Positions 31,181 to 41,717 of a stretch of DNA of 64,000 nt are shown piece after piece. The notes beneath the pieces are model-generated. The model was not told where the DNA came from. It made no database searches and saw only the letters and a program-made list of their open reading frames with translations. The position numbers were made by a program, and so were the translations under genes. Source of the DNA: Waterburya sp. (GTDB lineage Bacteria; Cyanobacteriota; Cyanobacteriia; Cyanobacteriales; Xenococcaceae); assembly GCA_965217895.1 (NCBI GenBank), contig CBDCJV010000002.1, positions 1,504,001 through 1,568,000 on the forward strand, in the 5' to 3' direction. Each line of letters begins with the position of its first letter. Positions within the stretch are counted from its first letter, which is position 1.

Positions 31181-31411
31181 TAAATCTTAGAAGCTTTACA
31201 ATTAAAAACTACTGACTTCCACAAAGCAGCAATAGTTGCGGTCAGAATGATTTAAACGCATTGATTTAATGCTTTAAATACATAAATAACGAATTTTTAG
31301 TGGTCTATGCTACTAAACAACAATTGAAAATAACATAAAACAATAAAAGTAAAGTTTAATTTTGCGTTCAATTGTCCCCAAAATAATTATAAGTGTGAGA
31401 ATAGCGATCGC

Positions 31412-32656
31412 GTGACTTATCTTAAATCAGAAGCAGCAGATCAATCAAAATCTCAATCAGTGCGGGCGGTCAAAAAAATCCTTGATTTAGCCCAAGAGGC
31501 AGCCCAAAGACAAGATTGGCTAGAAGTTAGCAACTGTTTAAAAGAATTACCTCAAAGCCAAGCTAAACTATTGCTTTTAGAGTCGCTACAATGGCAAACA
31601 GCATTTGATTTGGCATTAGAAATGTTGCTCAAAGCCGATTTTCAACATAAGTGGGAAATCACCAAGCTATTGCCCAGTTTTGGAGAAGATTTAATTCCTC
31701 CTCTAGCCTCTTTGGTGCAAGATGAAACCATAGAAGCAGAGGTACGCTGGTTTATTTGCCAGATTTTAGGCAATTTCCCTAATCAAAAAGTAGTCTTGAC
31801 TTTAGTAGAATTACTCCAGCAAACCACCGATGAAGAGTTAATTGCGATCGCTGGGAAAACTTTAACTAAAATCGGCAATAGTGCCATTGATGCTTTAGTA
31901 AATCTTTACACTCAACCTCAATATCGTTGGTTAGCAGCGCAGTCTTTATACTACATCCGTACTGCCAAAACCATTGAACCTTTACTCAAAATTACTCAAG
32001 ATCCCCAGCCAGAATTACGCACCATCGCCATCAAAGCCTTAAGTAGCTTCCACGATCCTCGTATTCCTCCCGTTTTAATTATGGCATTAAAGGATACTGC
32101 CAGTAGCGTTAGAGAAGAAGCTGCGATCGCTTTAGGGTTTCGCTGGGATCTCTGTCAAGAATTTAGCTTGATTAATCATTTACGACCTCTTCTATTTGAT
32201 TTAAATATGGAGGTATGCCGTCAAGCAGCAGTATCTTTGGGCAGAATGAAGACCAAAGAGGCAAACGCCGTCTTATTCTCAGTCTTGCAAACAGAAACTA
32301 CCCCAGTTAGTTTAAAGCTAGACTTAATTAAAGCCTTGGGCTGGAGTGAAATAAGTTCGGCAATAGACTATCTAAACCAGGCATTGACTAATAAAAGTGA
32401 ATTAGTTCGACAAGAAATTATAATTACTCTGGGTAGAATTACTGCTCAACAATTGCAGCAACAATCTGCTCAAGTATTAGTGAATTTTTGGCAACAGAAT
32501 CAAGCAGCTTGTGATCCCCAGATCAAGCAGGCTTTAGCTACATCTCTGGGAGAATTACGCTGTAGTTGCGCTCAAATAACTTTAGAACAGCTTGCCACAG
32601 ATAGCGATCGCAAAGTTAAGCTGCACGCGCTTTCTGCTTTGAAAAAGCTTTTGTAA
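31412..32656 (+). CDS. HEAT-repeat (PBS lyase-like) protein
   Basis: Repeated VRxxAAxALG motifs (VREEAAIALG, VCRQAAVSLG). Confidence 0.88.
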   Translation: MTYLKSEAADQSKSQSVRAVKKILDLAQEAAQRQDWLEVSNCLKELPQSQAKLLLLESLQWQTAFDLALEMLLKADFQHKWEITKLLPSFGEDLIPPLASLVQDETIEAEVRWFICQILGNFPNQKVVLTLVELLQQTTDEELIAIAGKTLTKIGNSAIDALVNLYTQPQYRWLAAQSLYYIRTAKTIEPLLKITQDPQPELRTIAIKALSSFHDPRIPPVLIMALKDTASSVREEAAIALGFRWDLCQEFSLINHLRPLLFDLNMEVCRQAAVSLGRMKTKEANAVLFSVLQTETTPVSLKLDLIKALGWSEISSAIDYLNQALTNKSELVRQEIIITLGRITAQQLQQQSAQVLVNFWQQNQAACDPQIKQALATSLGELRCSCAQITLEQLATDSDRKVKLHALSALKKLL

Positions 32657-32953
32657 TTTTCTAAGCGTCGTAAATAATGCTAATCAAACTTACGCAATTT
32701 ATGCAATTGCGAAAAAATAGTTAATTTGTATGGTCATTCCAATTAATTTCCTTATGGTAGTTTTGTATTGATTGTAAGGTTGAATATTATTTGCTACCTG
32801 CTATCTGCTACTTGCTACTTTTTTCAAAGATAATCTGGTTGCTATTTAAAACGACTATAATTGGTAAGACAATGATAATGCGGTCACCTGCACCTAAAAA
32901 ATACAAAAGCGAGATCGCTTTTTTCTAGGCTATTTCTGCGATCGCAAGCTAAA

Positions 32954-33121
32954 CTAAATACGATTTAATTGCTTACTTCTTTTCTGACGATTTTCTCGTT
33001 CCAATTGAACGATTATTTCTTCTAATTCCAAACTTGCTAGTTCTAACTTTTGTCTTTCTTGGCGCGATTTTAATAGTGTTTGTTTGACTTGTTGGCGATC
33101 GGGTAAATTTTCCTGATTCAT
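32954..33121 (-). CDS. Unannotated 55-aa coiled-coil protein (MNQENLPDRQQVKQTLLKSRQERQKLELASLELEEIIVQLERENRQKRSKQLNRI)
   Basis: ATG overlaps the upstream stop (ATGA, 33118-33121); open 168-nt frame; heptad-like pattern. Confidence 0.7.
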   Translation of the reverse strand: MNQENLPDRQQVKQTLLKSRQERQKLELASLELEEIIVQLERENRQKRSKQLNRI

Positions 33122-33462
33122 GATAAACCCCAATCTAATTTAATCTCTTTAATACTTTGCTCTAAAGCGGGTACTCTATTTCCAATAGTAGAAACCCTCT
33201 TTGATAATAACTCTAATATAGCTGAAGTAATGGTAGGTTGTATTTCTGAAATCTGAAGCAACAATCTAGATATTTGACTGTAAAGATCGGCTGCTTGTAA
33301 AGCGATCGCTGTTAATTCATCTAAGGTGCTAATAGTCTCGTCTATTTCTCCAAAACTATCTAATAATAAATATTCTGCTAATTTTGCTTCATTTACACTT
33401 TCAAGAAGTGATTTTTGCAAGCTTACCAAATTATTCATCAATTCCGCAGAAAGTCTTGCCAT
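33118..33462 (-). CDS. Hypothetical all-helical protein of unknown function
   Basis: 114-aa ORF of amphipathic helices; FGEIDET, QP and IKEIKLDW motifs. Confidence 0.8.
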   Translation of the reverse strand: MARLSAELMNNLVSLQKSLLESVNEAKLAEYLLLDSFGEIDETISTLDELTAIALQAADLYSQISRLLLQISEIQPTITSAILELLSKRVSTIGNRVPALEQSIKEIKLDWGLS

Positions 33463-33807
33463 TACTTGCTGTACTGTTTTTTATCTTTGTTAAGTATACA
33501 GATGAAGGACATTATCAGACTATTTTTTAATGAGCGATCGCCTGTACCCAAAAACTACAGAAAGGCGATCGCTTTTTTAGTAGAGATTATGGCGATCAAC
33601 AATAACAATTATTTATTTTATGCAGGAATTTGAGTATCTATAATATTCAACGAAACTGGACGGTTGCGGAATTTCATTGCCGTCTTCAATAAGTAAATCT
33701 TCGGCTGTTGCATAAATCGCTATAGCCCCATGTTATTTTATTTTCTTGCAAATAACAAATATTAGCAATGATTGATATCAAATAAACTAAAGGGTAATGC
33801 AACAAAT

Positions 33808-35169
33808 TTAGAGATCTACAGGAAAGGCATAATAAGCAATTCCTTCGGATTGATAGTTAGGCAAATTATCTTCAACAAAATCTCTTTCTGAAGCTGAAGG
33901 CGTATAAAAATGCGTTCCAGTTTCAGGACGTAAAAAACGATAGACAGGGATAGTTCCTGGCTGTTGTTCAGTGTAGGCAAAAAAGGACTCACTTTCTAAA
34001 CTAAAGTTGTCTAAATTATTGGCAATAAACTCTTTTTCCGTTGCCGAAATAGTATACAGGTGCGTGCCTGTATTCTGATTCAAAAAGCGATAAACTTGTT
34101 GTGGTTCAGGGTTAGCGGTCAACGAATCGACGCTAACATAAGAAGCACCTTCAGAAACGTAGTTCGGCAAGTTTTTAATAATAAAGTCTCGTTCGTTTAC
34201 AGATGTGGTATACAAATGTGTTGATGTATTCTGATTTAAGAGACGATATACGGTTGAACCTAAAACATCAGGATCGAATTCTCGATCTGCTACTTTGACT
34301 GAAAAAGTGTCTTCCACCGAATCACCAAGTAAGTCTGTAGCCTTGATGCTAATATCTGCTGTACCGCTTTGATTATCTGCATAGTTAAGTGTCAGTTCAC
34401 CTTCGTTAATCGATACATTGACCAAATCAGGATTAGAATTACTGACAACTTCAAACTCAAGCTCATCCTGTTGAGATATAGAGATATTGCTATAACGAAC
34501 TAAATTAGCATCACTTTCTACTACAGGATTATTAGGATCTTTAGTAATGACGGGTAAATCGGTAAAGGCAGTATTTGCCCCACTAGCATCAATGATCGGC
34601 AAAGCAGCGATCGCATCTATCGGTTTCAAATCAGCATCGGTAAGCACCTCGCCAAAAACAGTAAATCCGCCATTTTGGTTATCTAGATTAGCAGAATTAT
34701 CAGCTAAATTGAAAAACCATTGATTAGTAGCACTATTAGGATCGTCACCCAACTTCGCCATGGCGATTGTACCTCGAAGGTTAGATCTATCTGCACTAAA
34801 TTCATTGACTACAGGCGGATCGGCAGGAACTTGTCCTATCGCTAGGTCCTTGACTGTAAACCCTCCTCCTTGCACGATAAAGCCTGGCACAGAACGATGA
34901 ATAATAGAATTTACGTAATCTCCATCTTGAACATAGTTGCTAAAGTTGTCTACAGTTTTTGGCGCACCTGCCCCAGCCTGATCGAATAAGAGGACATTAG
35001 TTACCCCGCCTCCTAAAGAATTATCGGTTAGTGCAAAACTAGCTACCTGTCCAGTGGTAAAAGGATCGTCAAAGTGTTTTGATAAATTGACGTTAGTGTC
35101 TGTTTCATTTTTAAAAACGACCAGATCATCAAGGGATTGAGTAATAATGGGATTAGTAGTCATAAACAA
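33808..35169 (-). CDS. Cell-surface cyclophilin-type peptidyl-prolyl isomerase with an Ig/cadherin-like domain and C-terminal DUF5648-like repeats
   Basis: APKTVDNF, IHRSVPGFIVQGGG, GTIAMAK, SATNQWFFNL, FTVFG; three VYR.LN..T.THLYT repeats. Confidence 0.88.
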   Translation of the reverse strand: MFMTTNPIITQSLDDLVVFKNETDTNVNLSKHFDDPFTTGQVASFALTDNSLGGGVTNVLLFDQAGAGAPKTVDNFSNYVQDGDYVNSIIHRSVPGFIVQGGGFTVKDLAIGQVPADPPVVNEFSADRSNLRGTIAMAKLGDDPNSATNQWFFNLADNSANLDNQNGGFTVFGEVLTDADLKPIDAIAALPIIDASGANTAFTDLPVITKDPNNPVVESDANLVRYSNISISQQDELEFEVVSNSNPDLVNVSINEGELTLNYADNQSGTADISIKATDLLGDSVEDTFSVKVADREFDPDVLGSTVYRLLNQNTSTHLYTTSVNERDFIIKNLPNYVSEGASYVSVDSLTANPEPQQVYRFLNQNTGTHLYTISATEKEFIANNLDNFSLESESFFAYTEQQPGTIPVYRFLRPETGTHFYTPSASERDFVEDNLPNYQSEGIAYYAFPVDL

Positions 35170-35302
35170 TTTTCCTCAGCGAAAATAATCATTGTGTCGC
35201 TACTAATCTAGACGAGCAAAAAGATAAACGCTAGACTATTTGTACAAAAGTGATTTCAAATTTATACATCTCTTAGATACTGGATAGAGGAGCAAAATAA
35301 TT

Positions 35303-35440
35303 ATGTCTGACTTAAATCGTGGAATTATGAAATTTGATGGTGCAGATAAACCTATCTTGGTTGCTGTATCCGCAGTTATTATTTTTGGTAGCATTATTGC
35401 TTTGATTTCTTGGGCATTAAACTCTGCTTACGCAGTCTAG
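35303..35440 (+). CDS. ndhQ: NDH-1 small subunit NdhQ (45 aa, below the ORF-track cutoff)
   Basis: MSDLNRGIMKFDGADKPILVAVSAVIIFGSIIALISWALNSAYAV has the NdhQ NRGIMKFDGAD...WAL..AY pattern; GAGGAG ribosome-binding site upstream. Confidence 0.88.
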   Translation: MSDLNRGIMKFDGADKPILVAVSAVIIFGSIIALISWALNSAYAV

Positions 35441-35551
35441 ATTTAGAGCGATCATCATCAATTGGAAACAGGGAAATGAACTGTATTTTTATCCTCGGCA
35501 AAAAAGATCACAATCCTATGTTATGATTCTAAATTGTATTGTGGTGCATAA

Positions 35552-35633
35552 GGGTCGGTGCCCGAGCGGTTAATGGGGGCGGACTGTAAATCCGCTGGCT
35601 ATGCCTACGTTGGTTCAAATCCAACTCGGCCCA
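35552..35633 (+). tRNA. trnY: tRNA-Tyr(GTA)
   Basis: Acceptor GGGTCGG/TCGGCCC-A; anticodon arm GCGGA-CTGTAAA-TCCGC; long variable arm; GTTCAAATC T-loop; CCA not encoded. Confidence 0.97.
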
Positions 35634-35646
35634 TACTATTTATATA

Positions 35647-35675
35647 TAAAAAAGAGGCTCAAAGCCTCTTTTTTA
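35647..35675. terminator. Bidirectional intrinsic terminator after tRNA-Tyr
   Basis: TAAAAAAGAGGCT-CAA-AGCCTCTTTTTTA. Confidence 0.88.
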
Positions 35676-35828
35676 TTGTTCATTAGATATTGATCGTTAT
35701 CCTTTGATAGATCAATATCTAGAAGGCGATCGCCAAAGATGTCGTTACCGTTTTGATTTGTGAGATATTTTTGCCAAAAAATAAGATGAGACTTGCTCAC
35801 CTTATGAAAACGTTTATTTTTTTTGAAT

Positions 35829-37013
35829 CTAGCGATCGACTGAACCCATAATAATGTCTACACTACCAAGAATAGGCATAATGTCTGCTAATTTAACTCC
35901 CTTGAGTATATTTGGTAAAATTTGTAGGTTATTAAAGTCAGGGGCGCGAATTTTCCAACGCCAAGGAAAGACATTATCATTGCCGACAATAAAGATTCCT
36001 AGTTCACCTTTGCCACTTTCTAGGCGAACATAGTGTTCTCCTTCAGGTATTTTGAACGTCGGCGCAACTTTCTTGGCTATATACTGGTACTCAAAGTCGT
36101 TCCACTTAGATTTGCGTCCCTCGTCCATCCTGCGTGCTTCTAGGTTTTCATAAGCACCGCCTGGAATGCCTTTTAGAGCTTGACGAATAATTTTGATCGA
36201 TTCGCGCATTTCACGGATACGCACCAAATAGCGGGCAAAGCAATCTCCCGCAGTTTCCCAATGTATATCCCAGTCGAAGTCGTCATAGCATTCATAGTGA
36301 TCTACTTTGCGTAAGTCCCACTTAACCCCAGAAGCTCTTAACATTGGTCCTGATAAACCCCAGTTAATAGCTTGCTCACGGCTAATAGTTCCTACACCTT
36401 CAACGCGACGACGAAAAATAGGATTATTGGTAATTAGCTTTTCATACTCATCAACCTTAGGATCGAAGTAGTCACAAAAATCTTCACATTTGTCGATCCA
36501 ACCGTAGGGTAAATCAACTGATACTCCACCAATACGGAAATAATTATTGTTGATTAATCTCTGTCCAGTAGCAGCTTCCCACAAATCATAAATCAACTCC
36601 CGTTCGCGAAAAATATAAAAGAAGGGAGTTTGTGCGCCCACATCTGCCATGAATGGACCTAACCATAGTAAATGATTAGCAATGCGGTTTAACTCTAGCA
36701 TGATCACCCGAATATACTGGGCGCGCTTGGGTACTTCGATCCCAGCTAGCTTTTCGGGGGCATTAACTGTAATTGCTTCATTGAACATCCCCGCAGCATA
36801 GTCCCAACGGCTTACATAAGGAACATACATAACGCTGGTGCGGTTTTCGGCAATTTTCTCCATACCTCGATGAAGATAACCGATTACGGGTTCACAATCG
36901 ATTACATCTTCCCCATCAAGAGTTACAATCAGGCGTAAAACGCCGTGCATTGAAGGATGATGAGGCCCCATGTTGAGAATCATGGGTTCGGTTCTAGTTT
37001 CTATCTGTGCCAT
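35829..37013 (-). CDS. ndhH: NAD(P)H-quinone oxidoreductase subunit H
   Basis: [25 protein letters not shown]; ends in DIIMGSVDR. Confidence 0.99.
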   Translation of the reverse strand: MAQIETRTEPMILNMGPHHPSMHGVLRLIVTLDGEDVIDCEPVIGYLHRGMEKIAENRTSVMYVPYVSRWDYAAGMFNEAITVNAPEKLAGIEVPKRAQYIRVIMLELNRIANHLLWLGPFMADVGAQTPFFYIFRERELIYDLWEAATGQRLINNNYFRIGGVSVDLPYGWIDKCEDFCDYFDPKVDEYEKLITNNPIFRRRVEGVGTISREQAINWGLSGPMLRASGVKWDLRKVDHYECYDDFDWDIHWETAGDCFARYLVRIREMRESIKIIRQALKGIPGGAYENLEARRMDEGRKSKWNDFEYQYIAKKVAPTFKIPEGEHYVRLESGKGELGIFIVGNDNVFPWRWKIRAPDFNNLQILPNILKGVKLADIMPILGSVDIIMGSVDR

Positions 37014-37273
37014 AAATCAGCAATATTTCTGTGATTAAGAAATGAATTAATTCTTACCTGCTATTAGTTATCTATCTTATCTAGTTTCTGGACGGGATAG
37101 AAACTTAAACTGATTGTTTGAGCAAAAACTTTATCTGAATTAAGGCAGGAATTGTTTGTTTAAAAATTTCAACTTGTTATATATTAGGCTGGATTTGCCG
37201 CTGTGCTATGTATAAAGCGATCGCGCCTACGAGATTTTATCCTTTTGTCACTCTTTAAAATGTCAAATGATAG

Positions 37274-38524
37274 CTAGCTGTTCCAGGTTTTAATTACTTT
37301 TCCGGTGATTTTTTGATTATAGTAAGGAGTATTTGCAGCGGGGCTTTTGAGATTTTCTTGATTGGCTAACCAAGTTTTTTGAGGAGCGAATAATACTAAA
37401 TTGGCAGTTTTTTCTGGCGCGATCGCTATAGGTTCTTGTTGTAGACATTGGCGAGGACGACTACTCAAAGCCTGCCATAGTTCTAGGGCTGATAGCTTTC
37501 CTGTTTTCACTAGTCCCTGCCATAAAAGAGGTAAGGCTAACTCTAAACCAATTACCCCTGGTGGGGCAAGAGCAAATGCTACGGTTTTTTCTTCGTAGGT
37601 ATATGCCTGATGATCGATGGCGATCGCATCAATAATTCCCTGTTTAACTCCAGTAATTAATGCAGTCTGGTCGTTTTTGTCTCCTAAGGGTGGTTCGAGG
37701 CGTAAATTGGGGTCATAGCTATCTACCGCATCATCATTCCATAATAGGTGCATCCAGGTCGTGCTGGCGGTTATCGTTACTCCCCTTGCCTTAGCATCGG
37801 CAATTAACTCCACTCCTCTTTTAGTAGAGACGCGCATAATATGAACAGGAGTCGGAATTTTTGCCACTATTTCTAAGACTGCTGCTATAATCGCTGCCTC
37901 GGAAAAAGCAGGATTTCCTGCCATACCGTAACGAATAGAGGTTAGTCCTTCTCTAACAACACCGTTTGCTGCTAGTTCGTTGTGGTTAAGAGCGATCGCT
38001 AGAGGCTTTTGCCAAGGCTGAACATATTCCAAAACCTGTCTAAATAGATTTAGATCGCTCAATTTATAGCGATCGCTAAAGCCAATCACTCCTGCCTTTA
38101 AATCCCCCAGTTCATTCATCTGCTTTGTATCAATAGTCTGGGAAATAGCACCCCAAAAACTTAGCTGAGATTTTTTTAGACTAATGCTTTTTTGATTAAC
38201 AGCAGCTAATATTTCAGCATTATCAATCCGAGGCAGAGTATCAGGCAAAATTCCTACTTGCGTAAACCCTCCCGCAGCAGCAGCCTGAGCCAAAGCTAGT
38301 AAAGTTTCTCTGGCTTCGTTACCTGGTTCGCCACTGTGGCTATATAAATCTACTAATCCTGTTCCTAGAATAAGATCGTGTCCAGAGAGTATCTGTGTTT
38401 GACTAGGATAGTCCGTCAGGCGATCGCTAATTTGCTTAATTTTACCGTCTTCAATTAGCACATCCGACAAGCGATCAATTTCTTGAGCAGGGTCAATTAC
38501 TCTTACCTGTTGCAGTAGTTCCAT
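37274..38524 (-). CDS. pyrC: Dihydroorotase-like protein (probably inactive PyrC' type)
   Basis: Amidohydrolase fold: VDLYSHSGEPG, AAAAGGFT, LRLEPPL, AIDHQAY; several Zn-binding His residues are substituted. Confidence 0.85.
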   Translation of the reverse strand: MELLQQVRVIDPAQEIDRLSDVLIEDGKIKQISDRLTDYPSQTQILSGHDLILGTGLVDLYSHSGEPGNEARETLLALAQAAAAGGFTQVGILPDTLPRIDNAEILAAVNQKSISLKKSQLSFWGAISQTIDTKQMNELGDLKAGVIGFSDRYKLSDLNLFRQVLEYVQPWQKPLAIALNHNELAANGVVREGLTSIRYGMAGNPAFSEAAIIAAVLEIVAKIPTPVHIMRVSTKRGVELIADAKARGVTITASTTWMHLLWNDDAVDSYDPNLRLEPPLGDKNDQTALITGVKQGIIDAIAIDHQAYTYEEKTVAFALAPPGVIGLELALPLLWQGLVKTGKLSALELWQALSSRPRQCLQQEPIAIAPEKTANLVLFAPQKTWLANQENLKSPAANTPYYNQKITGKVIKTWNS

Positions 38525-38718
38525 TCTTTACTTTTGGTTTACGAGTGATAAATCACTGGGCAAAATAACGCCTCTCTCATTTACGCCCACTAAATCTAGT
38601 TTAAAAGTTAATCGCTAATAGCTTTACAGGCTTTCAATTGTCTCGACCAAATAACATTTAATAGTAGTTGACATTGTGTACTGCAAATCATCATAATAAT
38701 AGTTTGTGTAAACTTTAG

Positions 38719-40071
<1,353 letters not shown>

Positions 40072-40150
40072 CCTGCAACAAGGTAAGCAAACTGCAAACC
40101 GCAGTTAAAATTCTGAACCATATTACTGACTATCAAAACAATTAAAGACT

Positions 40151-40804
40151 ATGAACATTACAGTTGAATGCAAAAGCAGACCTGAAGGAAGTAAACCCAG
40201 AGCATTGCGTCGTGAAGGATTAATTCCTGTTGCTTTATATGGTCATGATGGAGCTAACTCTGTTTCTCTGACAATACCTGCAAAGGAAGCACAAATTCTA
40301 TTAAGACAAGCAGCAATTAATAACACGCTGGTTGATTTGCAAGTTCCAGATATTTCTTGGAAAGGCAAGGCTTTAATTAGAGAAGTACAGGCTCATCCTT
40401 GGAAAAGAACTCTCAATCATCTTAGTTTCTTTACTGTTTCTGCCGACCAACAGGTAGAAATTGTTGTTCCAGTAATACTTGTAGGTGAAGCTGCTGGCAC
40501 CAAAGAAGGAGGAATTGTCGAACAGATTATGACTGAATTGAAAATTGTCTGTGCTGCTGATAAAATTCCCGAATCTATTGAAATTGATGTAACCAATTTT
40601 GAAATTGGTAGCCTTTTACACGTAGGAGAAATTACCCTACCAGAAGGTGCTGTTGTTTTAGATGATCCTGAAAGAACCGCTATTTCTGTTGTTGTTCCAG
40701 CCAAGCCTGTTACCGAAGACGAGGAAACTGAGGAAACAGAAGTTGTAGGAGAGTCAAAAGAATCAGCAGAGTCAGAAGAATCAGAAAAATCTCAGTCAAG
40801 CTGA
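40151..40804 (+). CDS. rplY: 50S ribosomal protein L25/Ctc
   Basis: RALRREGLIPVALYG; EVQAHPWK; acidic tail. Confidence 0.95.
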   Translation: MNITVECKSRPEGSKPRALRREGLIPVALYGHDGANSVSLTIPAKEAQILLRQAAINNTLVDLQVPDISWKGKALIREVQAHPWKRTLNHLSFFTVSADQQVEIVVPVILVGEAAGTKEGGIVEQIMTELKIVCAADKIPESIEIDVTNFEIGSLLHVGEITLPEGAVVLDDPERTAISVVVPAKPVTEDEETEETEVVGESKESAESEESEKSQSS

Positions 40805-40864
40805 TTTTCAGGTTTAGAATTTAGCTTTCGATTTTTGAAAAAACTTGCTGTACGTGCAGACTCT

Positions 40865-40893
40865 ACCAGGAATATTTGATATTCCTGGTTTTT
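40865..40893 (+). terminator. Intrinsic terminator after rplY
   Basis: ACCAGGAATAT-TTG-ATATTCCTGGT followed by a T-run. Confidence 0.85.
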
Positions 40894-40953
40894 GCTATTT
40901 GTGCCGAGAAGCTACCTAAGAAAAGTTTCATGAGTAATTTAGCAATTTGCCGC

Positions 40954-41328
40954 TCATTTCTTTTTTGCCTGATGTAAAATTAAGCGATTTCCGCCTGGGT
41001 CATAAGCATAAATCTCCTGACCATGGGAACTATATATTACTTCTCCTGGTGGAGTATAACCCATATCAGCTAGAAAGGCGATCGCCTGTTCTAAATTTTC
41101 TACCTCGATACATAAGCTCATACTGCTGCTAATGTTATCGAACTCTAATTTTCGTTCCGTTTTAGGATGGAAAATGCCTAAGCGCAGTTTTTGTAATTTG
41201 AACTCTCCGTAAACCCCAGGACGGTAAACTGTAGGCTGTATTTGTAACAAATGACTATAAAAGTCGATTAAAGCTTGAATATTATTAGTAGATATAGTGA
41301 CAAAGATATCCAGATAATCAAAATTCAT
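40954..41328 (-). CDS. VOC/glyoxalase family protein
   Basis: DFYSHLL; LCIEVENLE; YAYDPGGNRL. Confidence 0.88.
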   Translation of the reverse strand: MNFDYLDIFVTISTNNIQALIDFYSHLLQIQPTVYRPGVYGEFKLQKLRLGIFHPKTERKLEFDNISSSMSLCIEVENLEQAIAFLADMGYTPPGEVIYSSHGQEIYAYDPGGNRLILHQAKKK

Positions 41329-41717
41329 ACAATCTTCAAAGTTATTTCTTAAGAATCCATTTATAGTAAAGAATATACAAAATATATTAAGGTAGTAAAG
41401 CCTAGCGTTTTAACTCTTGAGCCTATTTTGGTAATATGGGTTACTTTACAATCTAGAAAGTATAGTTTTATTCTCAGGTGTTTCATTGGTATATATAGCA
41501 GTCAATAACTAGTTCTTAGTAACATCTAAACCCAAATAAAATACTCATTAATCAACTTAATATTAATTTTTTACTCAAGATAGCCCAATCTATTAAAACA
41601 CTGTTTTACACAACAATTTAATTAATTAGCTGTGAATGATATAGTAATCTTCAATCACTGCTTAATGATATTTTGAAAAAGCCTAAATCAAATTAATTTA
41701 AAAGTATATTTAATATA

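Noticed and set aside
33620..33735. Possible HicB antitoxin relic on the minus strand (TWGYS... / EDLLIEDGNEIPQP)
   Set aside because: Only two short motifs in different frames; too weak to call without BLASTx
35633..35829. tRNA-Tyr 3' end as an island integration site
   Set aside because: No integrase and no duplicated tRNA 3' end found; flanked by core genes
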